From the NCBI GenBank assembly GCA_013265495.1, contig MU058451.1:2661305-2725304 (forward strand): a stretch of 64,000 nucleotides of DNA, written 5' to 3'. Both the position numbers and the translations under genes were made by a program. The DNA comes from Vicugna vicugna (lineage: Eukaryota). Positions 12,468 through 27,380 of the stretch are shown here, one piece after another. Position 1 is the first letter of the stretch, and each line of letters starts with the position of its first letter. The notes below the pieces were generated by a model, which was not told the origin of the DNA, did not search any database, and worked only from the letters and a program-made list of their open reading frames with translations.

Positions 12468-15400
12468 CTGAAACCAAAAAGAGTTTAAATAGATAAGAAG
12501 TTGTAAAACAGAAAAACATAGGGGGGAAATATTTTAATAAAAGCTTTAGTAAAATTACTACAGAATACATAAAAAAAATTGTCATAATTGAAAGAATAAT
12601 ATATGCCAGGAAATGTAGACTCTTGACACTAAAATTGTTTAAAAAAAAAAATAGGGAGTGCTCATGTGTGGTTTGGGTTAGGTTCCAACAAGATCACTAG
12701 AGAATGACTATTAACCAAAAGTGGCAGCATTATGTTATAAAGAAATTTGGTTTCATTTATCTTATCTCCCTAGAAATAATTTAATAATTACTTTTGTGAG
12801 CTAATCAAAACAGATAAGTCTACCTAACTAGGTTTGTCTGAGAAACTCTAGCTTCCAAACTTCCACAGAAGATCACTGTTTTCCTATAAAATAGAATCAA
12901 GGACAGACCAAAGGATTCAGTTTCCTAACAGTATGTAAGAGCAAAAAGGGGGAAAAGCTACACTGGCATTTCTGCTACACATATGTCCCGACTAGCACAG
13001 TATTAGAAGCACATGGCAGCTCTATAAGGGAGTTACTTCAGTAATAGTGTTGCCAGCAACACTGAAGATAGGTTATGGAAGAGAATCTTCTTGAAAACTG
13101 TTGGATGTTGATCAGACACAGGAAATACGTACATCTACAAACATCTGGAAACATGACAAATCCGTATTAAAGCCACTGAGGGCAGGTTAGTAGATAACAT
13201 GATAGGCCCAACCAAAACACAGCGGTGAACATGACGACCTAGGCAGCAGGAAGGAGAACTGGCAGCCCACCTGGCACTTCTAAAACTCATATACGTAACT
13301 ATGATCTAACCTTCACATAGTAAAGAAATCATGAAATTACATGCCTACTTCAAAGAACAGATGATCTGCTGCTGTTTGTCCTGCAAAGTCATAACCTGTG
13401 TTCATGCAGGATAAACTGTTACTACTGTAACAAATGATGTCATAAACTCAATTTATCTATTTACTAGAATCCAACATTTCAAAAAGAATGTAAGAAAGAA
13501 AAAAATAATACTCATTCTATTTGCTTATGTCAAGAATATAAGCAAACTGTTAAGTGATAAGGAGATACGGTTCTTAAAAAATAAAGTAACTATACAAAAA
13601 GATGGACCACCCAAATTGTTTTAGGAATGGAATACAAGCTGGAAAGTTTGGACTATCTCTATTACAAGGGCACTGAGAATAAAGGGTAGGTTACTGAAAG
13701 GCCCCTGGTCTCAATATTAGAAATTACCTTTAATCTGACATACTAACATGATGGAATTAAGTGCCTCCAGCTTAGGGAACCATTCTTGATTGTGAAAAAG
13801 GAAACAGAATGAAAGAATCATGACTAAGTAACGCCGATAGTAAAATTAAAATTTGTATTCAGAGAGTTGAATATTAAAGTGAAACTCACAGAACTATGTC
13901 TACCACAGAATAAAATTCACTTGTTTTAATACAAGAGATTTTGGCAAATATTTGAAAGACTTTTTAAAACTTATATGGAGCTAGATTCCCCTCCACGCCA
14001 AAGGAAGTTTTCCCTTCATCTTAGTAACCTAGTACTTAACACAGTAACAATAGCACATAGTAGGTACATAATAATATCTGAATTTTACCTTATTTCACTA
14101 AACTAATGCTGCCAGAATTCTGACTTTCAGATTATCATTTTGGTTGAATTATAATTTACAGATTATCATATAATATTGCTTATCAATAATTTAAATAGAA
14201 TGATTAGTCTTACATTAACTATGCAACTAACGCTAGTAGCAGACAACTAGAAGGTGAGGGGAATTATGAGGGTTAGAAAAGGTTGAAAGAGAGAACAAAA
14301 TCATTTTCTAGTTTTTAATAGTAAACCATTACATTTAAATGTAAACAAAACTAATGATCATAAAGCACATGCAAGGGCCATGTGCAGGCACTACTGATGT
14401 TCATCTTAACTTCTCTTATTAAATTCTATAGTTACAGCCTCATCTTTCTGAAGATGTTAAACGTTAAGAGGGACACAGAAGCCCTCGTAACTGTAAACTA
14501 CTCTGTTCCACACCTAAAAGTTTAAAACCTGTATGTGAGTTGGGAGTGGAGATGGAGAAACAGTAAAGTATGGAAGCAATAAATGAGTAAGACTTGTCTC
14601 CAAGCCCTTGGGGTTAACAAAAGCTCAAGTGTAGCCTAAAATCCAGCTTAGAAAAGCTAACGGCAAAGAGGAAAATCAAGTTAAAAGGTGATACTAACAT
14701 TAGATAATACGTACCCTGTTTCATCTAAAACGTATGTTTTTTTTTTTAACTATTTCTGAATGAGGATACGTGTCTTTCAACTAATGGTATATCATAGTTC
14801 AATTGCCAGAAGTTTCTTTTTTCTTCTTGTAGCACATAAAATTGTACATTAAGGACTCTTATGTCCCAATTTTTAAAATATATACAATTTAACCCATTGT
14901 TTCCCATTCTTATTTGAACAAAGAATTTTTTTTTTTAACCTAACACCAAGAAACCTCTTACAGAACTAACATTCCAAGAAACTCACCTTGCAAACACTGG
15001 CTTAGAGTATTTCAAAAACTAGATAACCTACCATTTAAAAATGAAGTACTAACTTAGATGTTCTCTAAATATTAATTAAATAAAAAAATAGTTCAATTTG
15101 GAGAATACAGGGGGAAAAAAACCACTAAAATAAATAACCCCACAGCTCCCTATTCTCTAAGGCAAATTTGTTTCTCCTTTAAAAATAATAAAAAAGGACA
15201 CCCTCCTGGAGAAGAGAGGCTTTAAAACATAGAAATACATGAATACTGAGCTACACTAACCCTCAAACAAGAATGAGAAGAGGGCCAGAAATGCAGAGAG
15301 GGTTTAGATAGTTTAAAAGGGTATTCTAAATTTAACTCATGATTTTTCTTTCTGGTCTTTCTCCCCTTTCTCCATCAGACACAGAATCTGAAGATCAGTA

Positions 15401-15871
15401 AAAGAGAGTAAGAGGAAAAGTCCTGACAATTCTACTGGTAATTTAGTCCTCCTCCTTCAAACTAGTCTCTGTGATAGGAAAGCTCTGGATCCTGGGACAT
15501 TCCCTAAAAGAGGCTGATGGGGTGGGAGCCAGCAGAGGGGAGAAGGCAGCTACAATGCTTGTTCCCGGGGCTTTCCCATGTGAAATCTAGAAACAATAAT
15601 TTCTTGCACACTTTTGTCCTGTGCATGCTTATGGAAATAAAATTCAGACTCTTTAAGAACATCTGCAGAAATTTCCTGTTTAAGAAATATAAAACAATGT
15701 CTGATTTCTATTATCAAATTATTTTCCAATCTGTTACTAAACATGACATTCCCTATAACTTCATAATAAAAAGCATTAAGTCCTTCCTTCAAATAAATTA
15801 AATATTAATATAGTTTCTGTACCTAAACTAAAAGAAGAGATATTACCTGGAATAATTCTGTAAAGTCCTAC

Positions 15872-16027
15872 CTTTTCTTTGCAGCTGGAAAGCATGCTAA
15901 TAATGCTAAGACAAACTGACTGGACTGAGAGCGCTGGGGACCAGTCTTCTGTTAGAATGGATAAACAGATATGACCATTGCTATAAACATGAGGATGAAC
16001 GGGAATATTTTCACCAGTAAACATGAC
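15872..16027 (-). CDS. UBE2W: UBE2W coding exon 4 ([52 protein letters not shown], 156 nt), containing catalytic Cys91
   Basis: Seen in ORF 15776..16024; CTTTCTTAG|GTCATG acceptor and GAAAAG|GTAGGA donor; HPH motif (instead of the usual HPN) characteristic of UBE2W. Confidence 0.98.
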
Positions 16028-19000
16028 CTAAGAAAGAACAAAATTCCATTAACACTCAAATGTTCCGTTTACCCAAAAACATTCTCCATATAAGTTAATA
16101 TTTTAAAAACCAAATTGAAAACAAACAAAATCAATGCCAGGAACAAGATAACTGCTTGTAGTTTATTCTCATCAACTCAGTAAGTACCAGTTTCACTGTA
16201 CGAATACCATGTAGTAAAGGAAAACCCCAGATTATCTATTTTATATTCAGCTATTTTTCATAAATTTTCTTTAAAAAATCTCTAAATTATCATTTATTTT
16301 TAGACTAGTGAAAAACAAAAATGTTTTTTCAAATTTTACTCATTGTTCTCTGAATACAGAAATCAAATACACTAAAATTTCAAATGCAAATATTCAGTTT
16401 TAAGACAATATGAATTACGTGCGGTAGGAGCACCCCCTTCCACCTACAACAGCATTATCACCTAAGGTGCTATCTGCAAAAGGAAATGGCTGCTGTATGT
16501 TCCACCTCACCTAAACTCATACTTGCATTATGGTGGGTACAAATTACTACTTATTTATCATCAAATATCTATGTGCCCAGATTAAAAAAAAAAAAAGAAA
16601 AAAGTTTAGTGAGTCTCCCAATTACTTGCTGTTTTTCTCTGCTTTTTCTTTTACTCAATTCTTCTAATAGTTTTTCCCTTTCTCCATCTTGCCTCAGCAC
16701 TGTTTTGAAAGGTAATATATCTATTATTTCCTTCCTTTGTCCTAATAATTCAATACCCTAATAGTACAGTTTCTTAAACATATCTACCTAAGCATCCGAA
16801 TAGGTGGGAGAGTAAAGTCATATATCCTGAGGAAAACGTAAGCATAGCCCAAAGTAGGTCAGAGAGGAGAAGTCTTACCCTTAAGGCAGTTCATAATAAA
16901 TCATTTACTTTGATATAAAAATTAACCCATCAGTCCTTTAAGTGAACTTTACACTGCAGTAAGATGTACCTTTTTTATTCCATTGCTTAGTGGTAATTCC
17001 TATTTCCTGACCTGGCCTTCAAAAAAAAAAAAATCACCTGAAGATACGGCTAAAAATACAAATTCAAGGGCCCCATCTTCACAGATTCTGACTCAGTAGG
17101 TATGATGGCATTTTTATAAAACTCATCCAACATAAACTAGTAGTTCCCAAACCAGACTTACAGTGTATCTCAGCCCTGCAAACTGCCTCATGTTCGAATA
17201 TAGCATAATCTCAGTAAGGAGAAGCCCTACCTGAAGTGATAACAGAAATTAATAAAATACACTACTCCAGTCATACCCTTTTCCGCCCTTTATAAAGCAG
17301 AAAATAGAGCAAGTGAAATAAGTGTGGCCAGTATAAGGTATACCATATTTTAACACGGAATATGTTATGAGAAATCACCATAAGCTAGGTTTTCCTTTTA
17401 TTTTTAAATATCTAGCTACAGATATAATTTTATTACAATTTACAAATATTTACATTCAACAAAGCATTCTTTCATAGTAGCAGCAGTCTCTAAAATTTCA
17501 AATATACTACTAACATATGGGACTCATGTCCTTGGCTGAAGCTAATATAAGATACCAAGAGAAAGTTTTTCTCAAAGGAATGACTTTACACACTGCATTT
17601 TTTTTCCCTTTATAATTCTGGCCATCCACTCTCCATACCTATGAACAAAGAGCTAAAGTAAAGCTGAAAATTCAAAGTAAAGTCTTAACACAAGAGATAT
17701 CAAGTTGCTTGTCCTGACCAATTGCAGGAGACCCCCTGAAAGAGCTGGGCACAACTGCGTTCAAAGCATAATTTATCTCAGTTATATCAGTGCTGGTGTC
17801 TTTTTCATCACTTTTTGCTAAAAAAAAAACCAAAAACCTGCTGCCCTGCAAAAGAAAATGACTGCCTAACTGGTCTAGCAGCTGCATGACTCTATCCACA
17901 ATTATTTTTAAATTAATTTTTAATAAATATGAACTATATATTAGATTATATGCATTTGATATTCCCACAATGTGTCATGGATGTCTAGAGTGGGAATTTA
18001 CAAATCTCACAGAATATGCATCTGCTGTGGAGTATTCATTTTGCCCAAAATGCCACCTGACTAGCAGGATATCTTCCTTAAGAACACAAGCAGTGCCCAA
18101 GAGAGCTTATTCCCTGGCCACAAGTATTTTTAAAGGCTATTTCTTTTCCAGTAAGGTCTCTTTTTAAACAAGTCATGTAGAACAGTGCTCTGAAAGTGCC
18201 AAAAAGTACGAACTTCCAAACTATCTTCTTTGGCAAAATCGAATCAATATATCAGCAACCATCAAGGAAAATACACAGATAGCCAAACAAAAGGTTATCG
18301 TGACATGCTTTGACTAGCCAATTCACAGAGCAGAAGAAAAGCAGTATTCTTGGAGAGAAATGTACTATAAATGAAATCTCTTGGCCATGAACCAAAGGAA
18401 AGGAGAAAAGAGAAAGGAAGAGACTGGGTGGCATGACAGACACCTGCAGAAGAAGCAACAGGTGTTCTCTGAGCAGAGAAGAGAGCCAGAAGTCAAGAAG
18501 ACAAAAACTGTTTTGAAATTTGAGGGGACTGAAATAAAAATAAATCAGATCTCAATAACACTTGGGGGGGGGGCAGGGGCTTTTAAACCTGTTGCATGCA
18601 GGGGAAATGCAGCAGCTTAAAACTTCTAGCAACCAAAACCAGGGGAATTAATTTGTTGCACATAGTATAGAGTAACCTATAGGGCCAAACCGCCAAATAC
18701 AGATTTTTAGAAATTCATCTAAATATGGAAAGGTTGAGTTTACATGCCAGAGATGAATTTCTGAAATACAAGAAAAAACTTTTTTTCAACAGTTTACTCA
18801 TGTAAAGGGCTGGTAAGTGTTTGCATAGATAATTTTGATGTAAACTTTGCTATTCTGATTCTCTCTGCATGTGATGGAAGAGTCACCAAGGCTGAATTTC
18901 TTCAAGGTCACACCCTTTAACTATCCTCATTTTAATATGCAGTACAAGACAAAGGAGGAAATGGACATTTCAGTATTTTTAATGCAGCCAAGTTGGTTTT

Positions 19001-20899
19001 GAAAAATTAAAGAGGCTTTAAGTTGTTTCCAGAGTTCAAATAACTTTTAGAGTCCCAAGTAGCTGATAAACTATCTAAAACAGATGTGACAACTGAACAC
19101 AATGAATCTGAAACCAAAGGAAATAAAGAACTCTGTTAATTTATTTTTTAAACAATTTATTCAGATTCAAACTAGTCATATAGATTAAACAGTTAGCAAC
19201 CAGAGACTGCACACATTCTCCATTGCATAAACCCAACTGAGTAAAAAGGAATTACATATTTTTAGAATAAGCTATTTAAAGGAAAAAGTCACAATTTTAG
19301 AACAGGATCTTAGATCTAGTGCATATGAACCACACCTCCAGTTCTGAGTCTGCATTAGAAGCAGTCCTTAGATGTCTCTAAATTCCCACACATCTTCTTA
19401 TCAGTCCGGTTCGAATGCAACACCCTCATTCCTCTTTTCTACTTTTTTCCACCATCCTCCATACTGTGTAAATTTTACTTTTTGTTTTGTCTTTTTCTAT
19501 AAGAATACAAACTCCACATAAGGAGGTTTGGGGAGGGGCATTTTGTTCACCACAGAATTGCCAACACCTAGTAAAGCATCTGTCCTATGACATATGCTTA
19601 GTAAATACTTACAACAGAATGAATGAATAAATGTCTACCCAAAACTAAACAGATTATCAGCTTTTTAAAGGCAGCCCCAATTCCTTTTTAATTTCTGTGC
19701 TCTCTCCCATTTTTAAAGGACACAATTCATGCTCGATACATGTTAAATTAACCAACCATTTGCCTATAGCCTAGCATAGGAAAATAGAATATACTGTTTA
19801 GAATTTCATTTTCTATAAGGCCGATGGTGAGTGCACATCAGTAGAAAAGAGTGATGAAAGGTGCCTCCTCTCTATTCTCATAATAACTGAAAAAGATTTT
19901 GTTCTTGTGTTTGTTCTTTTTTATGTAAATAACTGGGCCAAACACCAGGTTTTACATAGCCAGCTTTTTCACTGTAAAGTGAGATACGTAAGAAATTAAT
20001 TATAACTAGCAAGGAAAAAAAACCACAGCAAACTATAAATTTATGTATAGTCTTACAGATCTCATTTACAGATACAAAAGTAACAATTTCAGTGAGGCTC
20101 ATTTATTCTAGGGATATATCCCCAAATTCTACTCTTTTAAGTAGTGCTAAACTTAGTACTGCTTATTGCATAGGAAAATAAAAGACTGATTACCTAACAA
20201 GTGCCGATGTTTTCATCTCTCATCAAATAAAATCTCTGGTGAATGGGGAGTTTTACTGTCCTAGAGTGGCTCCAGCCACTTATGTAGAGCAATGGACCGC
20301 CAGAAAGTTTTACTTCTCAGAAAAATCTTGAAATCCATATGTACATCAAGCTTTGATTACTGGACCCATTTTAATTATTTTATAACCATACAGATAATGT
20401 GATTAATATAATTTAAAAATAATTTAGAAGTACTACTGGACTCACAGTGCTCTGTCATTTCCTCAATCGTAGATGTTAGAATATACAACTTCTCTGACAC
20501 GGGAGGGACCACAAAATTAACTGATATTAAAAAGGAATCCTCACATTCCAAATGGGAACAACTGCCCTAGAGTTTCCACATCATTCAACATGTGATCTTT
20601 CACTTTCAGAGATAACATTACTTAATGGATAAACAGGCATTTTCCCCATGCTGGAACTTACACCTAATTGGCAGTATGGGGAAGAAGTGATTTGGGTTTG
20701 AGTCTTGACTGCTCTAGTGGCTAGATTTTAAACCAGAAACAAGACACTTCACTTTCTATAAGCTTCAATTTCCTCACATAAAATGAGGATGAATTCACCT
20801 CCGCGAACCACTTCATTAAGAACTGTTACAAGACAAAATCAGAATGAAAGTTACATTAATAAAGTATGATGCAAATATTAAACTATATAATAGAAGGCA

Positions 20900-21600
20900 T
20901 GGAGGCAATGTGTGGCTGAAAGGGTTAAGTTCAGACTTGACCTTAAAGGGACCTGAATGCTAAATAAGCTAAAGAGTTTTTAGATTTGACTCCACAGGAA
21001 ATAAGAACCATCAGAGGATTTACCGAGGCAGGCTGGGTGGTAGTGGCCGGTGTATATGTGAAAATCAATGAAGTAATGTGCCTTCAGAGAAATCTAATGG
21101 TTTTGTGAAATTCACTTGTGAAAGGATGGCCAGGAGTGTAAAGAACTAGAGGTTATTTTGTAATAGTCAAAATGAAAGCTAAAAACTTGGGACCACAGCA
21201 CTGACAGTAAAATAAAAAAACAGGTGGACTGACTTCAGTCTGTGAAAGTATCTGAGAGTGAGGGGAAGGAAAGAAATTTAACACGAGCAGATAGGTCGAC
21301 AGTAACCCAAGAAAAAAAATTCTTTTTTCTTTGTTTTATTTTGTTATTAGAAAAGAATGAGTGTAGATGTGTTAAATTTGGGGCATCTGGAGGTATGCCA
21401 GTAGAGACTTTCAGCAAGGGTGTGAAATTAAACCTCAGAAAGAAGAGATTGTGCATGGAGCTGTAGATCGTGGAGTCAGCAATTTAAAATGGTCAAAGAC
21501 TTTAAAGAGTGAGAAGAATAAGGGAGCACTGAATAAAGAACCTGGAGGACACCAAAATCAGGCGAGCAAGCAGGAATAAAACCAGGGAAGGAGAATAAAA
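20900..21600 (-). mobile_element. Degenerate L2 fragment
   Basis: gctaaagagtttttagattt, gttaaatttggggcatctggagg, ctcagaaagaagagattgtgcatggag are L2-like motifs. Confidence 0.5.
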
Positions 21601-23127
21601 AAGAATATGAGATAAGATGATAGAATTAACTTACAAAGTCAGTTTCTAACTTATAGAAATATTAAAGATGAAATTCAAATGATGCTTAAGTTTGACATTT
21701 GATTTAGAATTAAAAACTCAGAAGAGCTCAGAGAACACTTTTGACTTGGTTTCATGTTTAGTGAAATATTATTTTCCTCTGATGAAAAATCTGAGTTCCC
21801 AGAGCAAGCCTTCAACATTCCCTAAGGCAGAGTTTCTGAGTTGGTGAGTCGTGTTCTTCCTTCATAGGCCTTCAACAAGCTCAGATGAAGTGACGCGGAA
21901 GAACAGGTGGAAGGTGACAAGCGGGTCCTGAAACCCTACTGACTTTCAGCAGTAACAGTCAGAAATGATGCTGATAAACCAGAAGGCAACAAAAGAAAGT
22001 GAGGATCACTTCCTGGAGAGAAGGAAGACATTTGCTTTGGTTTATGATTACAGTCTACAGATCATGGAGGCCTAGAGGTCACAGTAATATACACCTCTTC
22101 ACCTTATTTTATGATAAAAATGAGCCCCCAATATCTTAATTTTCTGCTCACATGAAAACTTTAGAACTCAGGGAGTCAGTTTCCATTTAATTCAACGCTT
22201 TAAAACAATTCTCTGTATCTGTAGCACAATACAATAACTGACTTCCACCTGTACTTCTACATAGCCAAGAGAAGATTAAGCTTTTTGGTATACTCTACTT
22301 AAAACAATAATGAAATATGATTTTCCTCAAAAGTGGCATATTTTAGCACTTAACATGTTGAATTTTAGGTTATTTGAGAAATCTGATTATCCAGAACACC
22401 ACATTACCCAGAAATGCTACACAGAGTTGGGCATTAAGTCTTATCATTTTGCTACTAGTAACTCATTTACGCATCTTACCAAGCCAGAAATCTGGAATTC
22501 ATCCTAGAGTCTCCTGTTCTCTAACCTCCAAAGATTAATCATTCACCACAGTTAAACAGTTCTCAAAAATGTTCCTTTACCACTGTTATCCCTCATCCAA
22601 GTTTTAAGCCTTTAACGAAACTGACTGTGCCTCAAATTATAATGATCAGATTCGGGGCTGACGTCTAGATAGTTACTGTCTTGTAACACATACTGCCCTT
22701 GCAGTTCTAAAAGGCTGCAAAAGATAGCATGCCAATGGAAATCAAAGAAGTGCTACATCTAACAAAGCACCTGCCTCTTCACGATGTCATTCTATCATCA
22801 TCTTATCTAGAAAATGTGCCTCCAGTTATTCCAAAATGCTAAGTCCTCCCACAACCCATGGGCCTGGGTTAGCTTTCCATACCTTTTTTCTGCTTAACAC
22901 ATATGGATAAGAAACAGACTTTAAGTTCCTGGAAGTACAAAAGCAAAGCCTTAATCTCAATAAAGTAGAATGTTCATATGATCTTGATTATATTACATGT
23001 AAGATAAAGGAATAAATCTATTCACATAATTATAATGAATTTCTTTTAAAAGTTTTTACTTAGTCAAAAATCACTAATTTAGCATTTTTCTATAAATCTA
23101 AAAATTTCTTAAAAGCAAGGCAGTTAC

Positions 23128-23230
23128 CTGAGGAGAGTCAAAAGGATATCGACTACTAAACTTAAATAGAAGTTGAAATTTTTCCCCTTCATATAAGGTA
23201 CCTGGTGCACCTTCCATGTCTACAATCCAC
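23128..23230 (-). CDS. UBE2W: UBE2W coding exon 3 (WIVDMEGAPGTLYEGEKFQLLFKFSSRYPFDSPQ, 103 nt)
   Basis: TATTCTAG|GTGGATTGTA ... CCTCAG|GTAACT; UBC-fold motifs GTLYEG and YPFDSP. Confidence 0.97.
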
Positions 23231-24614
23231 CTAGAATAGAAAAAATAAATAAATAAACTTCAGTTAAAAAGGATTGGGGTGAGCAGGAGAAAAAAGAAAG
23301 TCAAGAATTCCACAATGGCAGGCAGTGGGACAGGAGTCATTCACGTTCACCCTCCCAATAATTGTAATAGTAGGCCCTATTCCCCGCTCTGACATTCTAG
23401 GGTTAAATAACTAGATCAAAGTCAGACAGCTAGCAAAGGAAAGAGGCAAATTTTAGGCCAGAATTGAAAAAACCAAACCCAACTCTGGTGTGCTGACACC
23501 AAAGCCTGCACTCTTCCTATTAATTTATGCTATCTTATTTTTTCAGACTATCTCTACAATGATGGAAAAGATTTTATAGATAATATCAAACTAATCAACT
23601 GCCTTTCTGACATCAATTATTTTAGAAGCTATGAGAGAAGATGATCTCAGCAATGACTACAGAAAACTGTAGCTGTCAGACCAATTTTCTCATCAGTATG
23701 CTAGGGAAGGCTAAACAGGAAAAAGGAAACTAAACTGACATCAGTCCACTTACTCTGATGGCTACTCAAGGCTCTATAAGGCCTTTTCTTTGTCTCTCAT
23801 TATATTTTGACTGTTTAATAAAACCCAAAACAGATTTCTATGGCATTACTCTGTTTTCATATATAACAAATCATAAGTATAAATCTGTTTATAATTATAT
23901 TCTATATACTATCTCTTGTTCCTTTAAATCAAAAGTGGGGGTAGAGAAATAAGAGATTATTATGGCAAAGATGACGGGGCAGAATTTAGAAACAAAATGA
24001 GTTCCTAATTATAGCTATGCCACTTAAAATTTTTGTATACTTGGGCAATTCCTTTCATCTCATACTTTTCAAGTATAAAAAATTATTATTTTAAATAAAG
24101 GGAAATAAAAGAACAAGATTACAGTATTAGGGTTCTATTCAGCACCCCACATACTATGGACTTAGGAGTAATGTAAAATAATAAATGTCCCTACTTTCTG
24201 ACAGCTATCAATTAACACATACAGACCCTTAAGAGCATGGCTATTCATTTTCAGAATGCATGCTAAATACTTATGTGGTAATAAAAGGTAAGGCCACAGA
24301 TCCAAGAGGCAATATTTTACAGTAAAATTAAACAGGTCTGACCCTCAACTAGCTGTATGGCCATGAGAAAGCTGTTTAACTTCTCCTGTTTTAAGTATTT
24401 TATTGTAAAATAGATATTTTAAAAAAATTATCTGTTAAAGTTTAAAAAAAAAAGGTAGTCACCTCAAAGTGTTGTTGGAAAAGATAAACAACATTACATA
24501 TTAAAAAAAAACTAGCACATTCTTGACATCAGAGCCAGTACACAGTAAATTTACTACAATGCAAAAATTGCATTTAAAAACACAAAACTGAAAACCTAGT
24601 CTCTTTAAAACTAG

Positions 24615-24985
24615 GTCCTTCCTCCTAATCAAACTTACAAGCTTTTGCATAGCAAAGGAAACCATAAACAAAACAAAAAAAACAACCTAAGGACTGGGAC
24701 AAAATATCTGCAAATGTATATTTTGGAAATTAAGCCCTGTTGGTCTTAATTTCCAAAATATACAAACAGATCACACAGCTCAATAGTAGGGGGGAAAAAA
24801 ATTAAAAAGGGGGGGGGGGCAGAAGGCCTAAAGAGATATTTCTCCAAAGACGACACACAGATGGCCAACAGGCACATGAAAAGATTCTCCACATCAGTAA
24901 TTAATAGAGAAATGCAAATCAAAATTACAATGAAGTATCACTTCACACCTGTCAGAATGGCCATCATCAAAATGTCTACAAGTAA
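24615..24985 (+). mobile_element. L1 ORF2 3' fragment
   Basis: cctaatcaaacttacaagcttttgcatagcaaaggaaaccataaac...agagaaatgcaaatcaaaattacaatgaagtatcacttcacacctgtcagaatggccatcatcaa, typical L1 ORF2 sequence. Confidence 0.85.
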
Positions 24986-25814
24986 TTTTTGCCTTACATG
25001 GTAACTATGGACTATAACCTAGGAGTGCCATCTCACTGTACTACATTGAGAAACCACTTCTCTGTTTAATTAGTTTTTAATCTTTCTATGTTTCTGCTCC
25101 TACCTTAGAAAGAAATTAATCTTTCTGTATCTCTTTCTACCTTAGGATGGCATAGAGGTTTATTTATTAGGTCAAAGAATATGATACTCGTATTTTTTAA
25201 GGTGTTAATACATGCTACCAAACTGTCTTCCACAAAGTTTAATGTGCTTTCATCATCTTCCTTACCCATATCTCCATCCCATATAATCCCACTCAAACAA
25301 CTCTTTTAAGATCTGATTTTTGTAAGATTATTTTTATATCTTGGAAGATGGTCCAAAAATAATAAAAATCTTTGTGGTTCACTTACAACAAATCATTTTA
25401 AAAGAAAAATCCCTGTCTGACAAAATCTCAAAGTGACAGGTTTATTCTGTAGCGAAGATATTATTTTGGTAGTTATAATTTGTGGTAGAACTATCTATAA
25501 AAAGTTTCTATTTTTAAAAACATAAAAGTCTTTCAAGTTTTTATAAATCATTGTGTTCTGTAGTTTCTTCCCACTCCCAAAAACGAAAAGGCTGAAAGTA
25601 GAAGCGATTGTTATCAATTTCCTTGAAAACTATAGGGCTGCTGTCATAGAATATTCTATGGCAGGTTAACAAAAGGAGAAAGGGAAAAGATGAAAGTGGA
25701 GTATAATCCATTTGTTTAATGATATAGATCAAAAAACAGTCACTTGTTTAATTATATAGAACAAATTCTTGACACTCTAAATGTGTGCTCCATTTTCAAA
25801 ATCTGTTTTAAATA

Positions 25815-26310
25815 AATGAAAAGTCAATTGAGAGCCATAAAAAGACATGGAAGAACCTTAAATGCTTATTATTAAGTGAAAGAAGCCAATCTGAAAAGGC
25901 TACATACTGTGTCATCCCAACTATATAAAACTCTAGAAAAGGGAATATTATGGAGATAGTAAAAAGATGAGTGGTTGCCAGAGGTTTGTGGGGAGTGAAG
26001 GGAAAGATAAATGGAGAAGCACAGAGAATTTTTAGGGCAGTGAAAATACTGTAAACACCATAATGATGATACATGTCACTACACATTTGTTCAAATTCAC
26101 AGAATGTACAACACCAAGAGTGAACTGTAATTTAAGTTATAGACTTTGAGTGATTATGACATGTCAGTGCAGGGTCATCAGTCGTAACAAATGTACCACT
26201 CTGGTGGGGGATGTTGATAAAGACAGAGGCTATGGCATGTGTGGGAGCAGAGGGTGTATAGGAAATCTCTGTACCTTCTGCTCAGTTTTGCAGTGAATCT
26301 ATAACTGCTC
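25815..26310 (+). mobile_element. Old L1 3' end (L1MC-like)
   Basis: ttaagtgaaagaagccaatctgaaaaggctacatactg...agaatgtacaacaccaagagtgaac...taacaaatgtaccactctggtgggggatgttgata. Confidence 0.8.
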
Positions 26311-27380
26311 AATCAAGAACCCAGAAATGTTTTAAAGAGATAGTAACAGAGCTAGGGATACATACTACATTTTCAAACATCAGTATATCCGTTCAAATAC
26401 CAACATATCCTTTCTTCATATTCCTGTTCTCAAAGCTTGTCTCCTGTCTTAAGTACTGATCCAAATGACAAAGTCAAAGGTTAGCCAAAATTGTTTCTTC
26501 TGAAAATGAGTGTGTCCCTGTTGTGTGAATTTTGGTTACTTTCACTCTCTGGATCTAGAATATTACCATTTGACCTGTTCTATTTGTCCTACAAGTTTGT
26601 CTATAGTAACTTGTATCTTGTTGGCTTCTATCCCTTCTACATTTTTGGAGATTTTTTTTTTTAAAGGAGTGAGTCAATTATTTTAAAATTTAAAATTTCC
26701 TATTTTAGAACATTGTCTTGTCTAACAGAATTGTTAAATCAAAGGAGTGGGTTGTGAAATCTTAGGATGTTAACTCTCGAAAAAATTTCAAACTAATTCA
26801 AATGCTCATTTTTAAAAGAGGGTACCTGTATCTCTCTATCCTTCTTGGCACATGTTTGAGAAGAGACTCCTGCTCCACTCCTGAGGAAGGAGCTGAATTA
26901 GAGAATAATCAATGTCCTTCTTCTACCCCTCACTTCTTCATCCTCATGGAAAAGTTTCTTATCTATTAAATGAAAATTCTGAGACTGACATTCATTTAGC
27001 TACTCTCCTGTAAAGAAAGCAACTAGTATGTTCAGGGGGCAGGAATGGAGATAGCTCTTGACTACTATTCTCTTCAGAGCCTCAAATATGTTTTTGAAAA
27101 ATCTGATAAATAACCTCATACCAAACTGCCCTATTACAGATGAAGACCATTTCATAAAAGAGTCAGCCTAAAATTTTTAAATGCTGCCTCATTAGCAGGA
27201 AACTTTCATAAAACAAAACTGTGTATATATATGCATAGAAAAAGATCTGTTTACTGTATCTATCTCTTGGTGGAAGAAAATGGGATAAAATGTAAAAATA
27301 ATTCTGTTTTAAAAAAAGAGTATTCATACATTACATTGATAATAAAAGAAAAACAAATAGTTTAAAATTTAAACACTTAC

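Noticed and set aside
15776..15871. Read-through of exon 4 into intron (VGLYRIIPG...) as an alternative C-terminus
   Set aside because: Ordinary intronic continuation after a canonical donor; no supporting evidence of a terminal exon.
21850..21915. Plus-strand exon-like segment (ttcttccttcatag...aacag|gtgg)
   Set aside because: Weak donor, no partner exons, no recognisable peptide.
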